Below are positions 37,333-46,589 of a stretch of 64,000 nt of DNA, piece by piece. Numbering within the stretch: the first letter of the stretch is position 1; each line of letters starts with the position of its first letter. Both the position numbers and the translations under genes were made by a program. Source of the DNA: Thermoproteota archaeon (GTDB lineage Archaea; Korarchaeota; JAOZGF01; JAOZFZ01); NCBI GenBank assembly GCA_027492035.1, contig JAOZFT010000035.1, positions 32,001 through 96,000 on the forward strand, given 5' to 3'. The notes below the pieces were generated by a model. The model searched no databases, had not been told where the DNA came from, and worked only from the letters and a program-made list of their open reading frames with translations.

Positions 37333-38805
37333 TCAGGCACCTTTCAAAAGCTCCTTTATTTTATATAGAAGAATCAATGATTTTCCTCCCTTTTTAGTTA
37401 TTTTCTTAACTGGGATTTTCAGTTCCCTGCTCAGTATCTCCAAAATTTTTGGTGTGCAGAAGCTTCCTTGGCACCTTCCCATCCCTGCCCTTGTTCTAAA
37501 TTTCACACCGTCCAAAGTTTTTGCTCCTCTTTTAATTGCTTCAACAACTTCAGCTTCAGTTACTTGTTCACATCTGCAAATTATTCTTCCGTAACCAGGG
37601 TTTTCCTTTATCATTTTATCTTGTTCTTCAGGAGGGTAATCAGTAAGTTTGTTTATTCTTTTTCTGTAAGGGTTAAAACTTCCCTTCCTTTCAAGTTTTA
37701 ATCCTTCCTTTCTCAGCAGCTCTGTAACCATTTTAGCTATTGCAGGTGCAGCTGTCAAGCCAGGAGACTGTATACCTGCAACGTTTATGAAACCTTTAAC
37801 TTTTGTTCTTTCAATTACGAAGTCTCCCTTTTCAGAAGCAGCTCTTACTCCTGCGAAGCAAGTTATTATTTTTAGGGGAAAGTCAGGAAACAAAACATTG
37901 TAAGTGTTAATTATCTCCTCTATATCCTTTCTAGACACTGAAGTATCTTCTTTACTTCCTGTTTCCTTTAGATTAGGTCCCCATAAGGGGTTCCCTTCAA
38001 CTGTTAATAAAGCCCCTCCTCCCTTTGTTCTTGGATCCTGCTTAATTTTAGCTTCTGCAACATAGTGTCTGTAATATCCTCTAAGTTTCTTATCAAAAAC
38101 AATCATGCACCCTTTCCTAGGAACTATTTTAAAGTTTCTTACACCGGCTGTTTCAGCTACTTCATCTGAATAAAGACCTGCAGCATTAACAACGTAACTT
38201 GTTTCAATTACTCCCTTATTTGTTTTTACTCCCTTAACTTCTCCATTCTCAACTAACACCTCCTCAACTTTTGTTCCGAGTAATGTTTTCACTCCGTTCT
38301 TTTGTGCATTTTCAATCAAGGCGAAAGTTAATTCATAAGGGGAAATAACTCCACCTGAAGGGAAAAGGAGTGCACACTTAGCTTTATTTGTTAAATTAGG
38401 TTCAACTTTCCTTAGCTCCCTTTTATTAAGAAACTTAACCTGTATCCCTCTCCATTTCATCACTAAATAAACCAAGAAAAGAAAAAATGTTTCTTTCCTG
38501 TTTAAAGAAACGAAAAGTAAACCACAACGATTAAAAGGAACATCTAGCTCCTCAGTTAACTTGTCCATTAATTTATTACCTTCAACACAAAGTTTTCCCT
38601 TCAAAGAATTAAAAGGGGTAACGAAAGGGTGGATAATGCCTGAACAACCCTTACTGGCGCCTTGGCAGAAATCAACTTCTTTTTCAACAACAACTACGTC
38701 CACTTTGTATTTAGAAAGCTCCCTAGCTATACTGCACCCTACAACTCCACCTCCAACTATTACAACATCTGTTTTTAAAGAAGGTTTCAAAAAAAATTTA
38801 GACAA
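37333..38805 (-). CDS. glpA: FAD-dependent glycerol-3-phosphate dehydrogenase-like subunit with C-terminal BFD [2Fe-2S]
   Basis: GGGVVG, SGIIH, NAAGLYSD, GIQSPGLTAAPA, CRCE..RAGMGRCQGSFC. Confidence 0.85.
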   Translation of the reverse strand: MSKFFLKPSLKTDVVIVGGGVVGCSIARELSKYKVDVVVVEKEVDFCQGASKGCSGIIHPFVTPFNSLKGKLCVEGNKLMDKLTEELDVPFNRCGLLFVSLNRKETFFLFLVYLVMKWRGIQVKFLNKRELRKVEPNLTNKAKCALLFPSGGVISPYELTFALIENAQKNGVKTLLGTKVEEVLVENGEVKGVKTNKGVIETSYVVNAAGLYSDEVAETAGVRNFKIVPRKGCMIVFDKKLRGYYRHYVAEAKIKQDPRTKGGGALLTVEGNPLWGPNLKETGSKEDTSVSRKDIEEIINTYNVLFPDFPLKIITCFAGVRAASEKGDFVIERTKVKGFINVAGIQSPGLTAAPAIAKMVTELLRKEGLKLERKGSFNPYRKRINKLTDYPPEEQDKMIKENPGYGRIICRCEQVTEAEVVEAIKRGAKTLDGVKFRTRAGMGRCQGSFCTPKILEILSRELKIPVKKITKKGGKSLILLYKIKELLKGA

Positions 38806-38849
38806 AAAATCCCCCCTTAAAAAATTTTACGCTAACATTTCTCGCCAAG

Positions 38850-39750
38850 ACCCAGTTTACACAGGTTTTGGTAAGCCTATGTAAACTTTGGTGTGCATCA
38901 GCCTCTTCTCCCTCCATTTCATTGGGAGTAAGTCATAGGTTCCGCACCCTTTCATGAAGCCTTTTCAGAGTTCTTATAGATGTGCCTTTCCGTCTTTCCA
39001 TAAACCTCACCAGTGGTCTCGAAACTAAATGGCAAAAGATGCTTGGACTCTAGGAGCCTACATCCCCTAAAATATATACCTACTACTCTAAATAACTGTC
39101 TATCGAGTGTAGCCTACATCTGGAGGTGCTTAACCACCTATCCCTTTTCGAAGCTTCATTAACATGTATCTACACACATATTTTTTAATGTAAGGTTAAA
39201 TTATTTCTAAAAAGGTTTTACATGGCTTATTTTCCTCAATAAGGATTTTAGAAGAGATTTTCAGTTCCTTTTCTCTGTCTCAGATTGCTTTTAATATTAA
39301 AATAGTTTTTTATAACGTTTTTACTATGTTCTAAAACTCCTAATTTATGTTTTACAGTCCTTATACGTAAATGCTTATGCGATTTCTTTCTTAAATCTAA
39401 TGCTTTCTGGTTGGTAAAAACCCTGCAGAAGATCTATTTAGTGTCTTTTCACAATTTTTTTGGCTTTCTTAAGAATGAACAAAGTATTTTATGGTTAACA
39501 AGCTTTACCCTGGATTCGTAGCTCATGAACTGGGCTATTGCCTTTCAGTTCTGTTTAGCAATGCCCTTATTATGTTTCTTTCCTTTGGTGTACCTTCCTA
39601 CTTCTCTAAATTCTTAAAACCGTGTCCAATATCAGAAATAATCTAAACATTAACCACATAATTTAATGTAGAAAGTCTCTAACCCTCGCCTCTTTCCCTT
39701 CCTACCTGCTTCTGAATAATCTTAATATCTTTCCATCTTTTTACTTACTA
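38850..39750 (-). pseudogene. tnpB: Decayed IS200/IS605-family tnpB (IS1341-type) in several frames
   Basis: Collinear minus-strand fragments: EARVRDFLH (39692-39666), HGFKNLEK (39624-39601), YTKGKKHNKGIAKQN*KAIAQFMSYESRVKLVN (39592-39494), MKLRKG (39159-39142), TLDRQL (39110-39093), KGCGTYDLLPM (38952-38920). Confidence 0.72.
38854..38887 (-). ncRNA. 12-bp hairpin at the tnpB 3' end, candidate right-end/omegaRNA stem
   Basis: Minus-strand AGUUUACAUAGG-N10-CCUGUGUAAACU; the single non-Watson-Crick pair is U-G on this strand. Confidence 0.45.
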
Positions 39751-40062
39751 AGTATTACATTCGCTTAATAAATATTCGCAGTTTCATCTAATTTGTTTTC
39801 TGAACAGGTTAAAAGTAAAAAACCAGGTTAAAAAAGGAATTTATAGAAAAAGAAACGTTGCTGATGCTTTTCTTAAAAAAATTGAAAAATTTCCTGATCT
39901 GAAAATGTAAAAAAGCCAATAAAGACAACTCTGTCACTCTTCAGTTAAACAATTTAAAAAGAGAAACCGCAAAGATTTCTTGTTCAGAGGAACTGTTCAG
40001 GTAGAAAAGGAGGAATTCCTGGGTAGGAATTAAAAATAGTTTTAGGTTAAAAAAAGAAAAAA

Positions 40063-40776
40063 TTACCTCATGTATGAAGCAATCGTTTTTATCCCATGTT
40101 TATTGGCTTCCTTCTCAGCTGAAGGGTGAATAAGAAATCCAAACATGAATTTGTATACTTCTTTACCTTCAAACAGCCTACTTATTTTATTTAACTTCAA
40201 CAAGAACTCCCTTACATCTCTTCCATAAATCCTAGACTTAATTTCGCCCAATATGTAAATGTTTCTTTGTCTCCTCATCCCCTCACCGTAAAGGTTCACC
40301 TCTACAATTTCACCATCCACTTCAAAAAACTTTCTTACGAGACCCTTCACATAAATTTTTTCATGTCTCTCAAGCCAACCTGGAACAACAACTCTTGCAA
40401 TGTCTTCAAGGCCGAAACCTATAACATCACTCAATCTACCCACACTTAATGATAAATTATTCATTTGAATAGCTAATTTTGCAACAGCTTCTTCTGTTTT
40501 CTTTTGTGCTTCTGCTAATTCATTTACTCTTTCAGTTAATTTATCTACTCTTTCAGTTAATTTTGCAACAGCTTCTTCTGTTTTCTTTTGTGCTTCTGCT
40601 AATTCATTTACTCTTGTTGCTAGCCTGTCCAGATTTTCTGCGATTTTCGTTACTTCATTTGATAACTTATCAAACTCTTCTCTCCTAACTTTTATATCTT
40701 TCACTTCGTCTTTTACTATTTTAACAATCAGGCTGTAAAGCTCAGGTGACAAAGACATGTTCATCAACTGAAACAA
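40063..40776 (-). CDS. Heptad-repeat coiled-coil protein with a C-terminal PD-(D/E)XK-like domain
   Basis: RVNELAEAQKKTEEAVAKL repeats; GFGLEDIA, EVNLYG, GEIKS. Confidence 0.75.
   Translation of the reverse strand: MFQLMNMSLSPELYSLIVKIVKDEVKDIKVRREEFDKLSNEVTKIAENLDRLATRVNELAEAQKKTEEAVAKLTERVDKLTERVNELAEAQKKTEEAVAKLAIQMNNLSLSVGRLSDVIGFGLEDIARVVVPGWLERHEKIYVKGLVRKFFEVDGEIVEVNLYGEGMRRQRNIYILGEIKSRIYGRDVREFLLKLNKISRLFEGKEVYKFMFGFLIHPSAEKEANKHGIKTIASYMR
40474..40615 (-). repeat. 58-bp exact duplication (period 84 bp) plus 21-bp heptad units
   Basis: 40474-40531 is identical to 40558-40615; actctttcagttaattt occurs twice, 21 bp apart. Confidence 0.9.
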
Positions 40777-41145
40777 GTGCTTCCTATTACTTTAAAGGGT
40801 TTTGATCTTCATAAATATTACTTAAAATAATTTGCTATAAAGAAAATTAAATAAAAATAAACTTTTTTAAATATGAACAAAGCAACTAGGTAACTATGTA
40901 ACCCTTCAGCTGCAACATTTTTCCTTTTTAATTATCTACAACGAAACTAACTCACCTACTTTAAGAAGGATGTATGTAAGAGAAATCTGAATCCCCGGAA
41001 GAAACCACTACCCTTTATTAAAGTCAAAACTACGCCCTATTCAGGATATCTACTCACTTTTTCTTCTCCATCTCCTAAAAGCTTTTGTTCAAGACCATAA
41101 CTTTGCCAATTATGAAACAGTAAAAGGTTTAATTGTTACCTTTTT

Positions 41146-41544
41146 CTAATCCCTGTATATAATAAGAGGTAATTTTTTCCCTTCACGGGTGTAGCAAGCC
41201 ACTGAAGAGAAACTATAGGGCGGAATAACTATGATATTTGCTTTTCCGAAAAAGAAAATGTTTAAGTCCTCAATTGTTGGTTTTATTTCTCCATCAGGAT
41301 GGCTATGGACACAACCTTTGATAGAAGGGTCTATAGGGTTCATATGGAAGAAGATAGAGGAAGTGTTGAATTTGTACCTGATGTTGGGTTCAAAAATAAC
41401 TTCAGTTATTTCATTCCCTCTAATTCTAAGTTTTCCGATGAACTCTTTAGGGTGCAAGTTTTTTGAAGCGACAAGTATTAATTCCAAAGTTTCTCGTGAA
41501 ATTCTCAAAATGTATCCCCTGTTTTTCAAGATACTTAATGGCAA
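41146..41544 (-). CDS. Second JAMM/Mov34 metalloprotease
   Basis: HPKE...GCVHSHPDGEIKPTIEDL. Confidence 0.8.
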   Translation of the reverse strand: MPLSILKNRGYILRISRETLELILVASKNLHPKEFIGKLRIRGNEITEVIFEPNIRYKFNTSSIFFHMNPIDPSIKGCVHSHPDGEIKPTIEDLNIFFFGKANIIVIPPYSFSSVACYTREGKKLPLIIYRD

Positions 41545-41559
41545 TTTACCTTTATTAAA

Positions 41560-42438
41560 TTATTTTTTCACGAGTTTAATTACATGTTTCAAGATTTCTT
41601 CAGCTATGTTCTTTTCTGTAACTGTTTGAAGTCCTCTCCATGCAGGGATACTGTTTACTTCAATAAAATAATACTTTCCGTCTTCTGACTTCAAAATATC
41701 TACTCCAGCATATTCACAACCAAGAAATTGAGTAATTTTCAAACTTTTCTCTTTCAACTCCTTTGCTGGCTTTATTTTTTCAGCAACTGCTCCTTGGCTA
41801 ATGTTTGTTTTCCATGTTTCACCCTTTCTTTTCATTGCCGAGACGACTTTGTCACCCACGATAAAAACCCTTATGTCCTCCTTGTTGTGGGGAATAAACT
41901 CCTGTAAGTAAAAAGTATTTCTTGATAGTTGCAGAAACCTAAAATATCTGTGCGCAACGTCTCTGTTATCTACCCTAAATGTCCCTTTACCTTGAGCCCC
42001 AAATAAAGGCTTAACCACTACATCTTCACCCAATTCCTTAAAGGCATCCATTGCCTCCCAAAAATCTTCAGTAACTACTGTTTTAGGTGTAGGTAAACCT
42101 AAATCCTCAAATAAATAAGAAGTGTAATATTTATCGCATGTTTTTTCTATGCAGGAGGGTGAATTAATCACTTTCACCCCCAAATCCTCTAATCTATGCA
42201 AAACATCCATTCTAAAAATTAAATGCTCTAAAGAAGCTATAGGTGCCTCTCTAACAATTACAGCGTCCATATCTTCCAAAACATTTCCTTCGCTTGCCAC
42301 CTTGGGTTTCAAACCTATTTTTGCCATAAATTTCTTTATTGAGAAAAGGTAAGGCGTCAAATTGTAGCGATTAAAAACTTCAACAAGTTTCCTTACATGC
42401 CACTCTCCAGGTGTAGAAGTCAGAATACCTATTTTCAT
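41560..42438 (-). CDS. RimK-family ATP-grasp glutamate ligase (MptN/Orf5-like, C1-carrier glutamylation)
   Basis: FRMDVLHRL, DK, KPLFGAQG, QEFI, WKTNISQG, GVD, EVNSIPAW; adjacent to fwdC. Confidence 0.85.
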   Translation of the reverse strand: MKIGILTSTPGEWHVRKLVEVFNRYNLTPYLFSIKKFMAKIGLKPKVASEGNVLEDMDAVIVREAPIASLEHLIFRMDVLHRLEDLGVKVINSPSCIEKTCDKYYTSYLFEDLGLPTPKTVVTEDFWEAMDAFKELGEDVVVKPLFGAQGKGTFRVDNRDVAHRYFRFLQLSRNTFYLQEFIPHNKEDIRVFIVGDKVVSAMKRKGETWKTNISQGAVAEKIKPAKELKEKSLKITQFLGCEYAGVDILKSEDGKYYFIEVNSIPAWRGLQTVTEKNIAEEILKHVIKLVKK

Positions 42439-42660
42439 TTCCGAAATCCTAAGAGTATTTCAAGAATAACTTTTTTCTTTAAAAAGAGCCTTGAAAGTAA
42501 ATTAAAGAAGGGGGAAGAACCTATAAAATTTTTTCTGTTAAGGGATTTACTAAGTAAGGAGTGTCTACTTCTCAGGTGCTTTAGAGAAAGGAAATTTAAT
42601 ATTAATTAGTTTATATAGCTTCTAAGCCCTTAAAAAGTTGGGAAAGGAGAATAGAGACAG

Positions 42661-43491
42661 TTATCCTTTATAAATGAATATTTCTCCTTTACCTAACTCT
42701 GAAACATCACCATGGTAACGTTCATAAAGGCCTTCAACTTTAACAGGGACTCTAATATTTAGTTTCTCTCTCAACTCCTTGAAATAGTACCTTATAAACA
42801 GAGGGGAATATGTGTTGTCGTAAATAAATGTAGGAAGCATTTCCTGTATTTTACCGAAACAAATTATTGTTCCTCTTTTCATCAGCATTCCTGGCCTGTT
42901 TCCAATATTCCCTAAACTTATAACTGTGCCTGCTATCATCTGGGCTGCCAGGTTATCTCCTACACTGTCATAAACAATTATTGTTCCTCTTCTCATTTTC
43001 CTAGCTAAACTGTTTCCAGCTTTACCTTCAATCACTATTATTCCGCCTCTCATCCCTCTAGGGTTTCCAGGGTAGGCTGAAGCAAACATGTTCCCAACGT
43101 TGCCCTTAATCCGTAATATGCCATTCCTAAACTCTGTTGCAGACCAATCTGACACGTTTCCCTCTACAACTATTTCTCCTCCTCTCATCTCATCGGCTAA
43201 GTGCATGCCTGCGTTTCCTTTAACCGTAATTTTTCCAGTAGCCATTTGTTTCCCAATATACTTAACCTTGGATAAATCCCCTTTCAAAATTATGTGGGTT
43301 TCTGAAACTTCTTCAGATTTTTCACCTTCAACCTTAAAGTAATCCCCTAATTCCTCTTTTCTCTTCCCTCTCCAAACTATTAATTTCTTGATTTCGTCCA
43401 GGGTCCTGCCTGCAAAATTTTCAGGTGTAATTGTTTCGGCTTCAATAGGTAGTGCAGGTTCCTTCTTAAGGGTTAAAATTATTTTCTTCAT
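42661..43491 (-). CDS. fwdC: Formylmethanofuran dehydrogenase subunit C
   Basis: GXGXG beta-helix repeats (MRGGEIVVEGN, GMRGGIIVIEG), GKGEI at the C-terminus. Confidence 0.92.
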   Translation of the reverse strand: MKKIILTLKKEPALPIEAETITPENFAGRTLDEIKKLIVWRGKRKEELGDYFKVEGEKSEEVSETHIILKGDLSKVKYIGKQMATGKITVKGNAGMHLADEMRGGEIVVEGNVSDWSATEFRNGILRIKGNVGNMFASAYPGNPRGMRGGIIVIEGKAGNSLARKMRRGTIIVYDSVGDNLAAQMIAGTVISLGNIGNRPGMLMKRGTIICFGKIQEMLPTFIYDNTYSPLFIRYYFKELREKLNIRVPVKVEGLYERYHGDVSELGKGEIFIYKG

Positions 43492-43510
43492 TTCTCACTC
43501 CCTCCAAGAA

Positions 43511-44425
43511 TCAAAAACAATCCTTTAATTTTATACTGTACTGTCCCAGTTTCCCTCCGTAATTGGCAGCAGTAATCATTTTCACTCCTTCAACCTGTGT
43601 AGCAGCTTCAATTCCAACTTTCATGGCCTCCTTAACAGCTTCGAGCGATAAACCGTCAATAACAATTTCAAATATTGAAGCAACCCCTTCAGGCACTCTT
43701 GTTCCTTCCACCATCCCCTTTATTGATGGGCAAAAGGCTGTATTGGTTGAAGCGTGTAAAAACTTATACTTGGAGCCCACTTTGCTTCCGCTTCTGCAAA
43801 CCCCGCCAGGGAATGGGGTAACTGCATCCTCGACTCCAGCAATTGCTTCAACAGCTTTCTCTGAGGCCTTAAGAGCTGACTCAACCGTTTCACCAAGTAT
43901 TAAAAAGTTTCCTCCACCAACACTCTTTTTAGCCTTGAATTTTTCTTCTAAGAAGAACTCCCCCTCCATTACAGGGATCCTCCAAAGTCTCCTACCAAAA
44001 ATTTTCTTACTTATCTGGTAACCATCACCAAAAAACCTTAACTGAGCACCAATTTTAAACTCGGTATCTCCCACACCTAACCAATCATAGGCTGCAGTAG
44101 TAGGACACGTTAAAACAGTCTGTCCAATTCTTCTCATCAATTGATCCTTCAACTGTTTCTTGGTGTTTGCAAACACTAAAACACTGACACCAGGCCTTCC
44201 GTCAGGTGTTTCACTTGGCGGAACAACTTTTTCGATTGCAACTTCACCTCCGCACATAATTACTGACGTTCCAAAACCACTCATGGACCGTGCTGAATTC
44301 ATAGCCCATCTCTCGTTTATTGCAGTAATTAATACTTTGCTTCCCCACATTTTAAAGGCTTCAGCAAACGTATCCTTAACCTTTACTCCATTTACTTCAA
44401 AAAAAGAGTCTGCAGGCATCGTCAC
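43511..44425 (-). CDS. ftr: Formylmethanofuran:H4MPT formyltransferase
   Basis: DTFAEAF, TPDGRPG, RIGQTVLTCPTT, GGGNF, SGSKVGS, ANYGGKLG. Confidence 0.95.
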   Translation of the reverse strand: MTMPADSFFEVNGVKVKDTFAEAFKMWGSKVLITAINERWAMNSARSMSGFGTSVIMCGGEVAIEKVVPPSETPDGRPGVSVLVFANTKKQLKDQLMRRIGQTVLTCPTTAAYDWLGVGDTEFKIGAQLRFFGDGYQISKKIFGRRLWRIPVMEGEFFLEEKFKAKKSVGGGNFLILGETVESALKASEKAVEAIAGVEDAVTPFPGGVCRSGSKVGSKYKFLHASTNTAFCPSIKGMVEGTRVPEGVASIFEIVIDGLSLEAVKEAMKVGIEAATQVEGVKMITAANYGGKLGQYSIKLKDCF

Positions 44426-44466
44426 TTCCTCCTCATACCTTTTTTAAAGTCAGGAAACCACCTTGC

Positions 44467-44481
44467 TTTTATATATATATT
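44467..44481 (-). promoter_or_regulatory. TATA-box candidate for ftr-fwdC
   Basis: Minus-strand ATATATATATAAAA about 45 nt upstream of the start; GAGGAGG SD in between. Confidence 0.4.
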
Positions 44482-44639
44482 TGTGTTTTTGTTTACACAT
44501 CCCACTTATATTTTTTTCTTTATATTTAGTTCATAACCCGAATGTTTCTAACCCTTACCTTAACTCCCCTTCAAGCATTACCCTCTTTAAAGATAGTCCA
44601 ATGTTTTCACCGTCTTTTTCCACTTTTTTGGAAGGGTTG

Positions 44640-44780
44640 CGAGTGGCTTTTTTTAGAGGACACTGTGAAGCATCTACGTGGAAGATTTTAAAAACATGTT
44701 CCAGCAGCAACCAAGTATCCACCTGCCACAAAACCGCATTCTTTACAACAACATAAACTTCTGTTCGGTTATTTAGTTTC
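44640..44780 (-). pseudogene. Short probable tnpB C-terminal (Zn finger/RuvC-III) remnant
   Basis: CKECGFVA (44747-44724) followed by LVAA and frameshifted WNM, resembling CxxCGxxxDRDxxAAxNI. Confidence 0.4.
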
Positions 44781-44870
44781 TAAAAAGAAAAGAAGAAGTT
44801 CATTAATTTTCCCAGTATTTTTAAGGCTGTTGTTAACCCTTTCTGTAACTTTGTTTATCCACTAGAGTCT

Positions 44871-46565
44871 TCACTTTACTTCTATTTTTATTGGTTTGTT
44901 GTTTGGTAAATAAGTTAAGGGCACTTCAAAATTACTTAAACTCACTGTGTAGTAGTCCCGAAAAACTTTTTCCAAATCTTCCCTTAACTCTTCATCTTCA
45001 GTGTACTGGAAATTTGTCCAATAAGTTTTGCCATAAACTTCTTTAACCACTTCCCCATCCTTTACAACCACTTCTCCATCCTTTATAGTGTAAGCGGCCC
45101 TTGAAAAAGCTTTAATGATTTCATTGTAATTACCCCTATCCAGTTTTTCAGGGTTCAAATTGTAAATTGCAACGTCAGCGTCTGCTCCAACCCCTAAGTG
45201 GCCTTTCTCACTTAAACCTAGAGCCTTAGCTGTCCCAGCCCTTGTGCAAACAGCAACTTCGAACAGGCTATACTCTCTATCTATACTTGCTAACTGGGTC
45301 CTTGAATGCACAACTTTATGCACCTTCTGAATCATCTCTTCTCGGGCTTTCCTGCTCATCAACCAAGCTATAATTAAGGGGTAAAAAGTGAAAGGCCCTC
45401 CATTTGGGTGATCGGTTCCAATAAAGACTTTCCATGGTTCTTTAGTTAAAAGCATCAACTCCAGCCCTATAGCCCACTGAATGGTATTTACCGGGTTCTT
45501 CTTTTTGAAAATGTAAGGCACTATACCGCCGCTTGTTTCTAGCTCTGTATCTGCACCCGCCCATTTATTCTTTGTTAACAAATATAACCTGTATTGCCAT
45601 GGTCCGTCGCTTGTTATTGTTGTAGTGTTTGTGAATATAACTTGACCTATGCAAGTTGTAATGTGGCCATGTTTATTTAAGTATTCAGCTATTTCTGCTG
45701 CTCCTGAGCTGAAGTTGCCCCAGTTTTCTCCTGCGTAACTGTTGAATTGTGAATGAGCTATATGGAGTACATTCTTTCTTCCCTTTTTAGGTTTTATCCC
45801 TTCAACTGCTTTCATTGTTTCCAATGTTACTTCATAGTTTCCTGGTGAACCTAAGTTGTTACAGTGCACATGGTTTGTGTGAGGAAAATTTAGTTCTTCA
45901 TTCACTTTAGTTAGGTTTGTAACTATATCTCGGGGGGTTATGTCATACCCCTTTACTTTATCATCTAAGTTGTTTACATTCTTACCCCATTTCCATGTCT
46001 CTTGTCCCCCAGGGTTTACTACCTTTAATGAGTACCCTTTCACTGTTTTTAAAAGCCAGGCTATGAAATGTTTCAATTTCTCGTATTCTCCTTCCTTTAT
46101 GTATTTCAGTACAAAGTAGTTGTTTCCTACGCAAACGAATATTCCTTTATCTATCATTGGTGTATCTATTAGTTCCTCGTGTGCATGTTTTGCTTCTAAA
46201 GGTGTAACTGCTGGTTCGAAAACTGTCGTATAACCCATGGCTGAGTATCTATATCCTGTAACAAATGTTGACGGTAAAGAGTACCCTACTCCGCTTCTTG
46301 TGACGCTTGTTTTAGGTACAGGATCTGTTCTGTGGTCTTCTGGTCTAAACACTCTAGCTGAATTTAGTTTCCCTGCTATATGGCTATGGATATCTACTCC
46401 TCCAGGCATCACTGTTTTCCCTTCTGCATTTATTATTTCTGTACTGTTTCCAGTGAATTCTTCAACTATTTTGCCGTTTTCAATGTATATGTCCATTTTT
46501 TCTCCGTTGATTTTGTTTATGGGGTCGTAAACATATCCGTTCTTTATTATCATCCTACTTTTCAT
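44871..46565 (-). CDS. fwdA: Formylmethanofuran dehydrogenase subunit A (amidohydrolase)
   Basis: DIHSHIAG, KVVNPGG, HVHCNNLG, QWAIGLEL, TDHPNGGPF. Confidence 0.96.
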   Translation of the reverse strand: MKSRMIIKNGYVYDPINKINGEKMDIYIENGKIVEEFTGNSTEIINAEGKTVMPGGVDIHSHIAGKLNSARVFRPEDHRTDPVPKTSVTRSGVGYSLPSTFVTGYRYSAMGYTTVFEPAVTPLEAKHAHEELIDTPMIDKGIFVCVGNNYFVLKYIKEGEYEKLKHFIAWLLKTVKGYSLKVVNPGGQETWKWGKNVNNLDDKVKGYDITPRDIVTNLTKVNEELNFPHTNHVHCNNLGSPGNYEVTLETMKAVEGIKPKKGRKNVLHIAHSQFNSYAGENWGNFSSGAAEIAEYLNKHGHITTCIGQVIFTNTTTITSDGPWQYRLYLLTKNKWAGADTELETSGGIVPYIFKKKNPVNTIQWAIGLELMLLTKEPWKVFIGTDHPNGGPFTFYPLIIAWLMSRKAREEMIQKVHKVVHSRTQLASIDREYSLFEVAVCTRAGTAKALGLSEKGHLGVGADADVAIYNLNPEKLDRGNYNEIIKAFSRAAYTIKDGEVVVKDGEVVKEVYGKTYWTNFQYTEDEELREDLEKVFRDYYTVSLSNFEVPLTYLPNNKPIKIEVK

Positions 46566-46589
46566 TTTTCTCTTCTCCTCCCCTTCATC

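Noticed and set aside
39525-39566. Two alternative hairpins (gaactg/cagttc and gggc-attgc/gcaatgccc), riboswitch-like
   Set aside because: Lies inside the tnpB fossil coding remnant; short stems and no downstream gene to regulate
39830-39900. Plus-strand KGIYRKRNVADAFLKKIEKF, faintly like an IS5 transposase C-terminal motif
   Set aside because: Single short fragment, catalytic Glu absent, no terminal inverted repeats seen
44463-44756. 97-aa plus-strand ORF between ftr and fwdA
   Set aside because: Starts in the TATA-like tract, has no motifs, and is better explained as antisense to a decayed remnant
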